This document shows positions 27,673 to 40,800 of a DNA stretch of 64,000 nt, piece after piece; position 1 is the stretch's first letter, and every line of letters starts with the position of its first letter. Source of the DNA: Chrysomallon squamiferum (Eukaryota > Animalia > Mollusca). The stretch spans positions 19,654,001-19,718,000 of the forward strand of contig CM022679.1 in assembly GCA_012295275.1 (NCBI GenBank). Direction: 5' to 3'. A program made the translations under genes and the position numbers. Under the pieces are notes generated by a model. That model was not told the origin of the DNA. It made no database searches and saw nothing but the letters and a program-made list of their open reading frames with translations.

Positions 27673-30600
27673 TATGCAGTACTGTGTTTAATAACATTTC
27701 TTAGTCCAGAAAATCAAAAGATCTTTAATAAATGTTTTAAGTTATAATATCCAGATATTTAAAATGTGTTAATGAATTTCGTTGGCATATTAACAGTAAT
27801 TAATATTTACAGATATAGCTAACTTAGTTAATATTCATAGTTATAGTAATTAATATTCACCAGTATAGCTATATTAATTAATATTCATAGATTTAGTTAT
27901 AGTAATTAATATTCACCAGTGTAGCTATATTAATTAATATTCATAGATATCGTTATAGTAATTAAAATTCACCAGATTAGCTATTATTAATTAATTTCCA
28001 TAGATGTAGTTACAGTAATTAATATTCAGTTGTATTAATTAACATTATATTTGTAAGTATGATAAAATACTAATATTTTATTATCTAGGTACGCATACAG
28101 GTGTTTGATGGTGGCAGTCCCAGACTATGGAAAATGACCACTGTTGTTGTTAAAGTAGATCGCAATTTGTTTGCACCTGAATTTAAAATAGCAAGTGATG
28201 TTATTACCATCACTGAAACCCAGCCTGTTGGTCTCTCTGTTTACCAGTTACATGCCTCTGATAATGACACTAAGGTAAAGAATAAGCAGAAATATCTTTG
28301 ATTCTCAGACTGTTTATTTATCTTACTGATCCACAGTAATAAAAAAAGCAAAATAACAAATTTTAGGTCAATTTTATTTTTTAACATCTGTCTTATAGTT
28401 GATTTTTTATATTAGTTTTAATTTTTCAATTTATTAATAAAAGTTCATTTTCTTTATTAACATGTGGATGGATTAATAGATGGATGATGGAAAGATGAAG
28501 GATAGATTGTTTTACTGATGTGTATTATATATTATATGTTCAGTGATTTGTGTGTGTGTGCAAGTGTGAGTGTGTGTCTGTGATGGCCACATATGAGTAC
28601 ACAAGGCTACACAAAAAGATGTATTTTTTCAGCCTCCACACAATGATATAGAGTACACAATGACAGGAACCACACAGTCCAGTGACTTCTTTGGTTTACA
28701 TTCAGATTCAGGAATTATTTATGTCAAGAGAAGCCTGAGGAATGATCCAATGAAAAACACTCGCTTTACAGTAACCTTTTCATTGTATTCTACTGGTTTT
28801 TGCTTTATATCTTACATTAATTCAACAATTACATTATTCATGAAATTATTGGTTTTTAAAATTATACCCTTTTAAACAGAATTTTCAGTAATTTTATTCA
28901 AAGAAAACCTCAAGATATATAAATATGTACAGTGAACGTATAAGGGTAAAATTTATCAGTACTGTTGTTCTAAATTAACATAAATTCAAGTTGAAATACA
29001 AAGGTTTTTTCATAAACATTTTGTAATATTGAATTATCTTCAAATATATAATTGCCTGTTTAGTTTTTAAAATGCTGAATACTTATCTAAATTAATATTT
29101 TATTTCAGTTAACACTCAGTGCTAATGATCTTGGAGTTCCACCAAAATCCAGTTCCAACCAGTTTAGTCTGTTTGTTGATGTTCTTCATAACAAACATTG
29201 TCCTCAGTTTGAAAACTTGCCAGCCACCAGCACCATGAACAAAACAGCTACGGGTTTTTTATTTGATGTCAGTGCTGTAGATGTGGATGTTTCAGTATGT
29301 ACACAGTTGATTTACTTGTGAATACTGACATTATTATTAATATTATTATTATTATTGTTATTATCATCATCTTCATCATCATCATAATGTCATTGTCATC
29401 ATCATCATTAACATTTTTATTATTAACATCATCATTGATTATTATCTTAATTATTATTAGTAGTAGTGGAAGTGGAAGTAGTAGTAGTAGTAGTATAATC
29501 ACTACTAATGTTACTACTGTAACAGCTACTGTTACTATTGTTGATTCCTTTTTATTATTGTTATTATTGTTATTATTACTTCTACTACCATTACTGTTAC
29601 TTGTTCTTATTATAACTACTTTTGCTATATTTTTTAATTTTCACATTTGTGATCATTGTTATTACTACTTTGATTGTTATTATTTTATATTAAAACTAAC
29701 AGCATCAATAACCAGGTTAATTTATTTACAAATTTCAGCCAGAATTCAACACAGATTCTCTCAGATATTCTCTGATTGGTGATGATACAGCTACTTCATT
29801 TTTCACTATCAACTCTCAGAATGGATCAGTTAATGTACTTCCAGCAGTTGCTTTAGACAGTCTCACTGTCTACAGAGTGAGTAACTTCATTCATTAATCA
29901 ATTCATTACCAGTTTCCAATGATATGTTCCCAAAACTGGCAGTCTCCAGATTAGGTAAGTGGTGAGGTGTTCTAATCCGCTTCCAGAAATGGGAAAACTG
30001 GCGTGAGCAATTAAGGCCAATTTAGTCTCATGGGGATTGCAAGAAAATTAATGTTTGGAGACATGAAATTAATGTTGTATCTCAGTAAAATTTGGAGACA
30101 GGAAACACTACCAATTTAGATGTGTGGGGTTAACGAAATCAATTAAGAGATGTATGAAGAGGGTCTCTAGAGTAGAGGTTGCAAGGAAATTAATAACATA
30201 AAATTTGGAGACAGGAAATACTACCTACATAAATACTGTACAGTCATGATGTTTGTTATGTTTGATCATGGCTGCAAAAGGAGAAATTTTGTGTGTAAAT
30301 TGTGGACAAAATACTGTTTAATAAAAGTACATCAATTAAGGTGACGGAACACCAATTAGTAAAGGGTGAGCAATAAGAAATGGAACAACTGGCGAGTCCA
30401 GTTAAGATGTGTTATAATCTCACTGCCTGATTCAGGAATGCCAGAATCGGGAATAAAACATTCCAATACAGTTACTTAATCTTACATCACAGTTTTTCAA
30501 CAACATTTATATATTAACTAATTATATATTATTGTTACAGATACAATAGTAATTAAAATTTATAAATTAATTAATGATTTCTTATTAGGTTTTTCAGTTA

Positions 30601-32728
30601 GATGTATAAATTATTTAATCACTTATTATTATGTTATGAATACCAGTGCTAAATTACTGAATCAATTATTAAGTTTCTTTTAATGTTTAAATTAATTAAC
30701 TATAATTAAAAATTTGCAAAAAAATTTAATTTGTGTTTTTTTTTTTTTTTTTTTTGGAGCACTATTCCAAGTACAGGCATATTAGCAAATGTTATGAGTT
30801 GTTAATTCCTTAAATGAATGTAATTAATATTAACAATGATCTTCATAAATTTTCAAATGTTTGCAAATATGCTGACAAATTTTAATATAACACTGTGAAG
30901 CAATCTTAATTGACTTTTATATTTACAAACTAAATAATGAAAAAAAAAAAAGTTCTGTATTACTGTTTATATCACTTTTTAAAATATTTGTATGGATAAA
31001 CTTTGTAAAAACAGTAATAAATATAAATATCTCTCTTTAGCTAAGAGTCGAAGTTGTTGATGGTGGTGGATGCAGTAAGAAAGGTGTGCTGACAGTAAAA
31101 GTTATCAGAAATCTTCACAAACCTGTCTGGTCTCAACCTAGCTACACCCGAACCATTCCTGAAACATTCACAGTCTCCCAGCCAGTTCTCACAGTCTCAG
31201 CAACAGACAATGATTCACCTGTAAGTGCCACAAACATACAACAAATTAATTATAGCAAATTACTTATAACAAATTACATAAAACAAATTACTTATAACAA
31301 ATTACATAGAACAAATTACTTAAAACAAATTACTTATAACAAATTACTTAAAACAAATTACTTATAACAAATTACATAGAACAAATTACTTAAAACAAAT
31401 TACTTATAACAAATTACTTAAAACAAATTACTTAAAACAAATTACATAGAACAAATTACTTATAACAAATTACTTATAACAAATTACATAGAACAAATTA
31501 CTTATAACAAATTACTTATAACAAATTACTTACAAATTACTTTTAACAAATTACTTATAACAAATTACTTAAAACAAATTGCTTATAACAAATTACATAG
31601 AACAAATTACATATAACAAATTACATATAACAAATTACTTATAACAAATTACATATAACAAATTATTTATAATAAATTACATATAACAAATAACATAACA
31701 AATTACTTATAGCAAATAACTTACAGCAAATTACTTATAACAAATTACATATAACAAATTATTTATAATAAATTACATATAACAAATAACATAACAAATT
31801 ACTTATAGCAAATTACATATAACAAATTACATATAACAAATTACTTATGACAAATTACATATAGCAAATTACATATGACAAATTACTTATGACAAATTAC
31901 TTATGACGAATTACTTATAACAAATTATAACATATTGCCATGTAACAAATTGCATAAAGATTATATTAACAAGTTTGATTGTGATACATAATAAATATGT
32001 TTAATCATACGAAGTTTTTAGTTTTCAATATATAAATGTTTTAAATTATTAACAAAGTCAAAATTAATTTATGCTTTTAAATTAGTATATAATCTCTTTC
32101 TGTTTTATGTGATTGCAGCTTACTTTCTCATGCTATCATTATAAAATCTCATAAATAACATCAGATGGCTTTTAATACTAAAATATTACATAATTACATC
32201 AGAAAGAGCTAGCAAATAAAATGTATAGCAATATATATATATTTCATGTTTGACTGTTTTGTACATATTGTTTTATCTACAGACAACTCAAGCTGGACAG
32301 GTTATTTACAATCTCCGTGAGTCTTCTCCCCACCAGAATTTGTTTACAGTGAACCCAAACACTGGAGAGCTCTTCCTCAGACAAAGAATTACGAGTATCC
32401 CTGGAAACAGCTTTGAGGTGGGAATATTTAGTGCATAATTCAAAAAATTTATATTTAAAAAGAAAAATAATAATTAAAAAATCTGTTTATATTATTCAAA
32501 ACATCCTTAGATTCAAATTTTTTATTCTGATTTTTGTGAAATGAGTTTGAAACTTTGTGCAACAGAGAAGTTAAACAGGGAAAAGCTGATTATGAACATA
32601 AATAACTGATTTTTAATTTGAATTAAAACAGTATATTTTATTTAAAACAAAATATTTATTATAATGTTACTGGTAATTATCAGTTCAGGAAATATGTTCA
32701 ACTCAGGGATACTCAGATACTCATTTTA

Positions 32729-32790
<62 letters not shown>

Positions 32791-35700
32791 CTATACCTAT
32801 ACAGTTAACAGTTAACTTCATCTTCTATGATTGTTCAGCTATGCAATTATAATAAGTGCTTGATTATAAAGCCAAAATTCATTTAATTATCAATATATTA
32901 ATATAACTTTTTTAGTTTATACTGTATGCTCAGGACAAAGCAGAACCATATCGTAAGAGTGATGACCTACCTGTGACTGTTAATGTTCAAAGAAATATGT
33001 TTTCTCCTGTGTTTGACAATGTGTCATATGCTGTTCATATTGACAGTACTTTTCAAAGATATGGTTCAGTGATTGTTGTGACAGCCAAAGATAAAGACAC
33101 AGTGGTAAGAATATAGGTGTATTAAGCATCATGTACATTTTAATTTCATTCTTGAAGTAAATGAAAAGTTAATGGAACATAAAAGAACATAAATGCAGTT
33201 TCTAACTAATTATTTTGTTTTGAAAAATTTATATCTTAGGTTAATTTATGTATCCAAAATTCATGTAAGAACTGTTTTATTTTTAATTTAATTATTTTAT
33301 TGTTAATTTTTAACTTTATTTATTTAATTTTTTTAATTTTTATTTTTTTAAAATTATTATTATTATTTTTTTTAATTATATTTTTTTTTTTTTTTTATTT
33401 TGTAAGATGGGAATGGCGTCAGACAATGAAAACTTCATAAATTTTTTCATTTTGGCAATTTTTCATTTTTTTAATTTCATGGAAATCACATGATGGAAAA
33501 TAATTTTAAATACAATTCAAGTTAAACTTACTTTGTTTATTTTCACTACAGATTAAAATAATTAATTTCAATATAATTTAACGGATTAATTATAATTTAT
33601 CAATGCAGGCACCATTCAACACAACAACATTTAAGATTATTGGTGATGATGATGCTGTGTCGTATTTCTCCATTGATTCAGATTCGGGTCTGATCATAAC
33701 AAAAAATGACTTGTCACAAACCAACACTGAACACTTCAGAGTGAGTTTAATTTTTCACTTTATTCCTTTCCCAGTCCTAAACAAAATTCTTTGTTTAAAA
33801 TTTTATTTTGAAAAAATGCTATAATACTTTTTTTTTAAATTTTAGGACTTTAATTGGCTGTTATTCTAATACTTAACATTTTTTAAATAAAATTTCTAAT
33901 TTTTAATTTTAAATAATTCTGTAAAATAGCATTTGATTTAATTAATAAATTTGTCTTCTTAATAAGTAACATTTACTAATTTTGTAAATTTATTGTGTTG
34001 ATCTTACTGTTTTGGATTATTTTCATAACAGTTACATTTAATGTATTATCTTCATTTCCAGCCAAACTGTTTAGTTTTACACATAAAAATAAGTGAGACA
34101 TTTTTAGATACAAAGTACATATTTAAACTTAACATGTATTAACATTAGGTTTTTATTTTTCAGGTGCGAGTAATGGTTGAAGATGGGGGTGAACCGCCCA
34201 AGCACACAACCACTGTGGTCAGTGTGTTTGTCAACCATAACATGTTTGCTCCAGTCTTCTCACAGACACAGTACAAATTCAAGATTCTGGAAATCCAGCA
34301 AATTGCTAAACCATTTGGTTCAGTGTCTGCATCAGATGGTGACAAATATGTAAGAGATAAATTAAACCTGATAAGAGATTGAAAATTTAAAAAAAAATTC
34401 TAGTTTTAAACAATTTTGTTTATTGTTTTCTCTCTGACAGGAGTGAGATCACTTTTGAAACAGTTTTGATGTTCTTTTATATGTATTTTCTGTTCTAATT
34501 TTTCTGCCTATTCAAACTTAAAACTGAATGTTTATTGCTTAATTTATCATAATTACTGAACAATAGCTGATTTAATTAGCGTCAATTTTTAAATGTTAGT
34601 AATTAAGTTAGAGTCAAATAAGTCTTGTAAATTTGCATATAACTAAATAACTAAATATGTCAAAAGATTCCACTTCTTATTCTGTTTTTTGAAAACTTTT
34701 TTATATATATGAACTGTTTTACATATCTGACAGTCTCCGTACAATGATGTACAATTTGAAATGCAAGCGGATTCGCTAGTTAAAGATTTCTTTCAAGTTG
34801 ACGAAAGCCGAGGTGACATTTATCTCAGACAGTCCATGCTTGACTTTCCTGACAGGAAAAAAATTCATTTTGAGGTGAAGTATACTCCTGTGTTGTGTAA
34901 AGACCTGTTTGTATGTAACAGTCTTTTTGTCTGTTTGTGTGTAAGTCTGTTTGAGTCTTTGTGTTTAAGTCTTTTTGTCTGTTTGTGTGTAAGTCTGTTT
35001 GAGTCTTTGTGTTTAAGTCTTTTTGTCTGTTTGTGTGTAAGTCTGTTTGAGTCTTTGTGTTTAAGTCTTTTTGTCTGTTTGTGTGTAAGTCTGTTTGAGT
35101 CTTTGTGTTTAAGTATTTTTGTCTGTTTGTGTGTAAGTCTGTTTGAGTCTTTGTAATAACAGTCTTTTTGTCTGTTTGTGTGTAAGTCTGTTTGAGTCTT
35201 TGTGTGTAACAGTCTTTTTGTCTGTTTGTGTGTTAGAAGGTAACAAAAATGTATATTATTCAAATAAATTTAATATTTAATGTCTAAAAAGATTATTTTT
35301 TCTTATGAAATGAAAAACTATTAAATGTTGATAAATAATGTTTTCTTTCAGTTTGAAATATCTGCTACAGATAAAGGGAATCCACCAAAGAATGCATCCA
35401 GTGTGGCCAGGATTAGTGTTGATGTAATTCGTAATACAGCTCCGTATTTTCAGTACACTCCTTACTTCACAGAGATATCTTCAGCTGTCCAGCCTGGACA
35501 CTCTGTCTTCCAGACAACTGCTAGAGATAATGACCAGATGGTAAATAGTGGGTTTTAATAGTTTTAGGTTGTACTAGATACAGTAAAAACAATTATTTAA
35601 AAAAAAAAATTATTTCCTGCCTTTTTTTATATGCTGACTGGAGAAAACATTATTTAAAATAAAGTGTATGGAGATAATAAATATTATTTAATTATTTTCT

Positions 35701-37234
35701 CTTTTTTTTTTCTTTCTTTCTTTTTTTTTTTTTTTTTTTGTTGTTTTTTGTTGCTATGGTCCAGGAGTTTATTAATGTTTTGATAACAAACCTATCTGAA
35801 CTTTTATTTCTTTAATCTTGAGACATCCCTCACTATGATTGGTTGCAGGAACAGATTTACAATTGCAAATATTCTCTATGAAAATATAATCTTTTGTTTT
35901 ATTACTGTTTCATTTTCCCTTGTGTTTTAGTGCATGATTTGCTAAAACAAAATTCTTTTCACAATGTGAAAAATTAAGAACAACTTCAGAAAATAAAGTT
36001 AATAAGGCTATAAAGATTGAAATAATGTGTGACTGACTAGGAAGTGTTTTCTGTTACTAATTCTCCTGTTTAAAACAGGCGCCATTTAACAGTTTGGACT
36101 ACTCACTGATTGGAGATGGAAGGACTGTGTTGTTCTTCACAGTGGACAAATCAGGAGTAATTAAACTAAAATCTGACTCTGATCTCTCCAGAGATACAGC
36201 TGTCACCTATTATGTAAGTTATAGACTTCTTTATTTAATACTTCAAATATGTTGTCATAAAATTACTTTATATTTCAAAGCTTTATATACACACTAAGAC
36301 TGTTTGAACTAGAAAACTGAAGTAAAATATACACTAGGTTAGTCAGGTAAAATAGAAAATGATATTTCATGAATGAAATATTAATCATAAATACAACAAA
36401 AAAGTAATATTGAAAAACAACACTTGATTATTAATAAAGTTACTATCACTATATATATGTGTATGTATGTGTGTGTGTGTGTGTGTATATGTTTATATAT
36501 GTGTGTGTATATATATGTATATGTTTGTGTGTGTGTGTATGTGTGTGTGTGTATATGTGTATGTATGGGTGTGTGTTTGTGTATATATATGTGTGTGTGT
36601 GTGTGTGTATATGTGATTTTGTGTATAGATGTATGTAAACATTCATTCATTTTTACATATGTATAAATATGTTTAACTAAAATATGATATATGTTTTTGT
36701 GCTGGGGTGTCATTAAACATTCATTAATTTTTTCATTGCATGTATATGTGTGTATGTATGTTTGCATATATTTGTATGGATGTATGTGTGTTTGTATATA
36801 TGTCTGTCTGTCTGTCTGTATGTATGTATGTATATTTGTATGTGTGTATGTATGTGTGTATATGTGTATGTGTGTATATGTGTATGTGTGTATATGTGTA
36901 TGTGTGTACAAATTGTTGACATTGACTAGTAAAACGTGTGTTTCAGGCACGAGTGAGAGTTCAAGATGGAAGTAATCCACCTAAAAGTGGTGTCACAGTT
37001 GTCACTATCAACGTCACCCGCAACTTCCACAGCCCTGTGTTCAGTCGCAATCTCATTCACAGGAGCATGCAGGAAACTACAGAAACTGGGACAATCATTG
37101 CCACAGTGAATGCAACAGATGCTGATAAAGTGGTAGGACACGTTTTAAACTGAAAACCTCTGAGTGTTATATTTATCAGAAGTAGCTTGCCAGCAAGAAA
37201 GACATTGATTGATATAATGAGTTGACAAATGCAA

Positions 37235-37283
<49 letters not shown>

Positions 37284-37451
37284 GTCATCTGTAGACATGT
37301 TTCAAATATTTCAGTATCTCAGAAGTGTTAAAGTTTGTGATTTAATATTTGTTATATCTTGGAAAAAAAATTGCATAATTTAAATGTTCTCTTCTTTAGA
37401 TATTTGCTGAATAATTAAAATACTGGAATATCTTAAAGATATTATTATTAC

Positions 37452-37535
<84 letters not shown>

Positions 37536-37836
37536 TATTACTATTATTATTATTATTATTATTATTATTAAAAACTATAAGTCTTAGTAATACCAACCTA
37601 ATCTTGTTATTATTTTTTGACATTTATATATTTTTAATGTTTTCTAATAAAAAAGTATTTCATTTAAAAAAGATGAACATATTTCTTCTTTACTAATTTG
37701 TCAGTGATAATGATCACTTAACATCTCAGTTCATTTGCATTAACCTGGAATTTTGACTTTGAAAGACAACATCATAAAAATTCACTTGAATAATATTTTG
37801 CAATAAAGTATATGTAACGTAAAAGTTAGAAGTATG

Positions 37837-37896
<60 letters not shown>

Positions 37897-40800
37897 AACA
37901 CATACATGTAATAGAGATTAGTTTCATTACATTAAGAAAATGTGCTTATGACCATTGTTTGTTTTATTGGAGTTTTTTTAGTATTTTTGTTATTAAATTG
38001 AAATGATATTTTTCAGCCTCCTAACAATATTGTCAAATATAAGATAGTGGATGGCTCTGGGGCAGCCTTTTTCTTAATCCACCCAGACAAGGGTAACGTC
38101 ATCCTGATTAAGAGTGTCAAGAACAAACAGAGATTTTTTACAGTAAGTTTGCCATACATATTGCACTGTCTCTGTTAATGTATGTCTAATTAAAAATCAT
38201 TCAGTCTGAAGTGTGTATCATAACTGGTTAGAAATATCCAGTTAAATGATTAAATCACATACAGATATAGTGAAAATGCAAACACACAATTACATGAATG
38301 TTAAAAGCATTGATACTTTCATCAGTTGTAATTATTTTTTTAAATCAATATGTCATTCTGTTTTTATTTTGGATTAACTATCACCTACCACTATTTCAAT
38401 TCATGTTTATATATTCATGTCTGTCTCTGCATGTGACTAAATATTTATTCTAAAGATAGATATAGAAGCAAAACATCAGGGAATTGTAATTATTACCATA
38501 TGCTATTTTGCATTTTATAGCATTGATTAATAGAAATCTTTTCCTCATATTTTTGTTAATTATTAAATAAAAAAAGCAATTAAACATTATAGATACAGAT
38601 AGAAGCACGAGATCAGGGAATTCCATCACGATTTTCACAAATCACCATAGAGGTGACAGTTCTTTTTGACCCTACCAAACTGACATTCACAGCTGCCAAC
38701 TACAACGTGACAGTCAGTGAAAACACGCCAGTCAACAACGTAATCACAACAGTGTTGGCTCAGCCTTTGGTAAGTTTTCCACCTTGTATAACCTGATTAT
38801 TAATAATACTGTCACAATTGTATTTGTTAATTACTCAAAACAGAGTTGATAACAGTAAATAAAACCAGTGGTACTTATTAGTAATGCTTTCAAAAACATA
38901 AATTTTAATTATAAAATTTTTAATTATATTTTTAATTATAAAATTTATTTAAAAAATATATAAAACCTTTTTTTACCTCCTGAGAATTCTGTTTCTATAT
39001 AATTTTAAATGAACAAATCTTCTCTGTATATAGCTAATACAAAATTTTACAGACTCTGTATTTACTGAAATGAAGTTTGTCTTGTATTCATTTAGCATAT
39101 GAAATGTGAGTCAAATTATAAGTTTGCCTACTCAAACTGACAGCATAATGACTTTTTTGCAAATATATGTCCTGAATATCCCTCCACCCTGCCTAGACCC
39201 CTCACCCATCAATGCATATATAATATGGACTTCCTCTTAACTGGAGTTAGGAATACTTAAATTGTTTTTTAAATTCTGAAATCATTTTATAATCTGATTG
39301 CCATTAATTTTATCAAAGCTTTGTTTCAAAAATATTAATTACAGACTGATGTGGAATACAAAGTGACAGGACTGGGTACTGCTCCAGACTACTTCAGTAT
39401 TGACAAAACTTCAGGTGATATCCGGGTCAAAACTCGCCTAATATCTGATCCAGCTCAGGGATCTTTCTACCAGGTAAACCTCCATGTGGCCAAGTGTGTG
39501 TGTTCTAACCTAGTTTTCTCCTGGTATAAGGAAGATATTTTAAATTTGATGTCATCTGAACTGAAGTCTCATACTAATTAATATTAACTGATAACTGATG
39601 CATTGATGTTATGACTAATGTTATTGATCATGAATTTCAAAATATTGAAATTACCACCATATTTTTGATTTATTAGAAATGTGAACAAAATCAAATTTCA
39701 GTAATTATCATTATAATTATGTACAAATATAAGCAATTGATATAGATTTTTTAACATCAGCATGATATACTGTTTTTCATTTAGAATTTATATTACCAAG
39801 CCCTTATCTATTAAAAATTTTAAAAAGTAAAAAAGAAAACAGTTATAAATTAATTTAGAATTTTCATAATTTTCTATCAGTTGTGAAATCTGTAAATACA
39901 AACAGTTAAATGAGATAATGTTCATGTGAAAGACAACATGCTACTCAGACTGTAGAAGACATTTAGCAGCAGAGAATGTGTTGTATGCATTTTACTGTGG
40001 ATACCAAAGCATGAGTCATTGCCTTTGACATACTGGGTATGGCTGGAGAAATAAACAGCACAGCATATCAGAGAGGGTTTATCCTTTAACTCATTAAATG
40101 AAGAGCTCATGTGCAAAATGACTTAGATACATTTTTGCCAAAATTGAAGCTGATAGTGATTAACAACTGCTTCATGATGGGAAACCTAATTAGATGTAAA
40201 ATTACTGATATCAAACAGTAAAGGATCACTGACATATTTTTGTTGATGGTGCAAAAGGACTTGCATGCTTTTGGTATTTTCTTTAAAAATGATAAATGGT
40301 CTTTAGCAAAGAAGCTCTTCAGATTCTTTACCACAAATCTACAGCATGTTTCTTGTGTATTGTTACAGGGTGCAGTGATGTAAGGCTCTTTTTTTCCTTC
40401 TGTTTTTAGTTTTCTTTATATTTTTAGTTTAATATTATATAATTTTGTATATATTTGATAAACAGTACCTTTTCTTACAAACTATGTACAGAGAATTCAT
40501 TATGTATATATGTAAATATGGAAAAGGGTGTTACTTTCAGCCTTTGTTTTAATTATCTGTTTCAGTTACTTGTTGTAGCTGAAAGAAAGGGCATCACAAT
40601 GCAGACAGCCTCCAGTGTCGTCAGTGTATCCGTGGTACGCAATGAGTATGGGCCAGTGTTTGATCAGATGTCATACAACCTGACAGTGTCGGACACCACA
40701 CAAATAGGCAGTCTTCTCCACACTGTTCAGGCCACTGACAAAGATGGGGTAAGTCAAACAAAAAAGTTTTTTTTTTTTTTTTTTAAATATCTTCAAAAGC

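Noticed and set aside
27791-28030. 56-bp repeat as another acceptor-derived array
   Set aside because: Similarity to the U27B junction is too weak in AT-rich sequence to claim.
29269-29782. 161-aa hydrophobic ORF that could look like a transmembrane segment
   Set aside because: Trinucleotide low-complexity intron sequence between well-defined exons, and not in frame with U28B.
34809-34817. RGD tripeptide in U32A
   Set aside because: About one occurrence in 6,000 aa is expected by chance; it sits at the conserved xG[DE]I turn and is absent from partner unit U14.
34865-35263. Repetitive ORFs on both strands ([14 protein letters not shown] / [14 protein letters not shown])
   Set aside because: Product of a 48-bp minisatellite. 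Read-through from U32A is formally open but ends in a stop and has no other support.
36381-36980. His/Thr-rich and Cys/Val-rich ORFs (also 8253-8498, 62044-62250)
   Set aside because: Translations of TG/CA microsatellites.
37396-37623. Poly-Asn ORF
   Set aside because: (ATT)n microsatellite.
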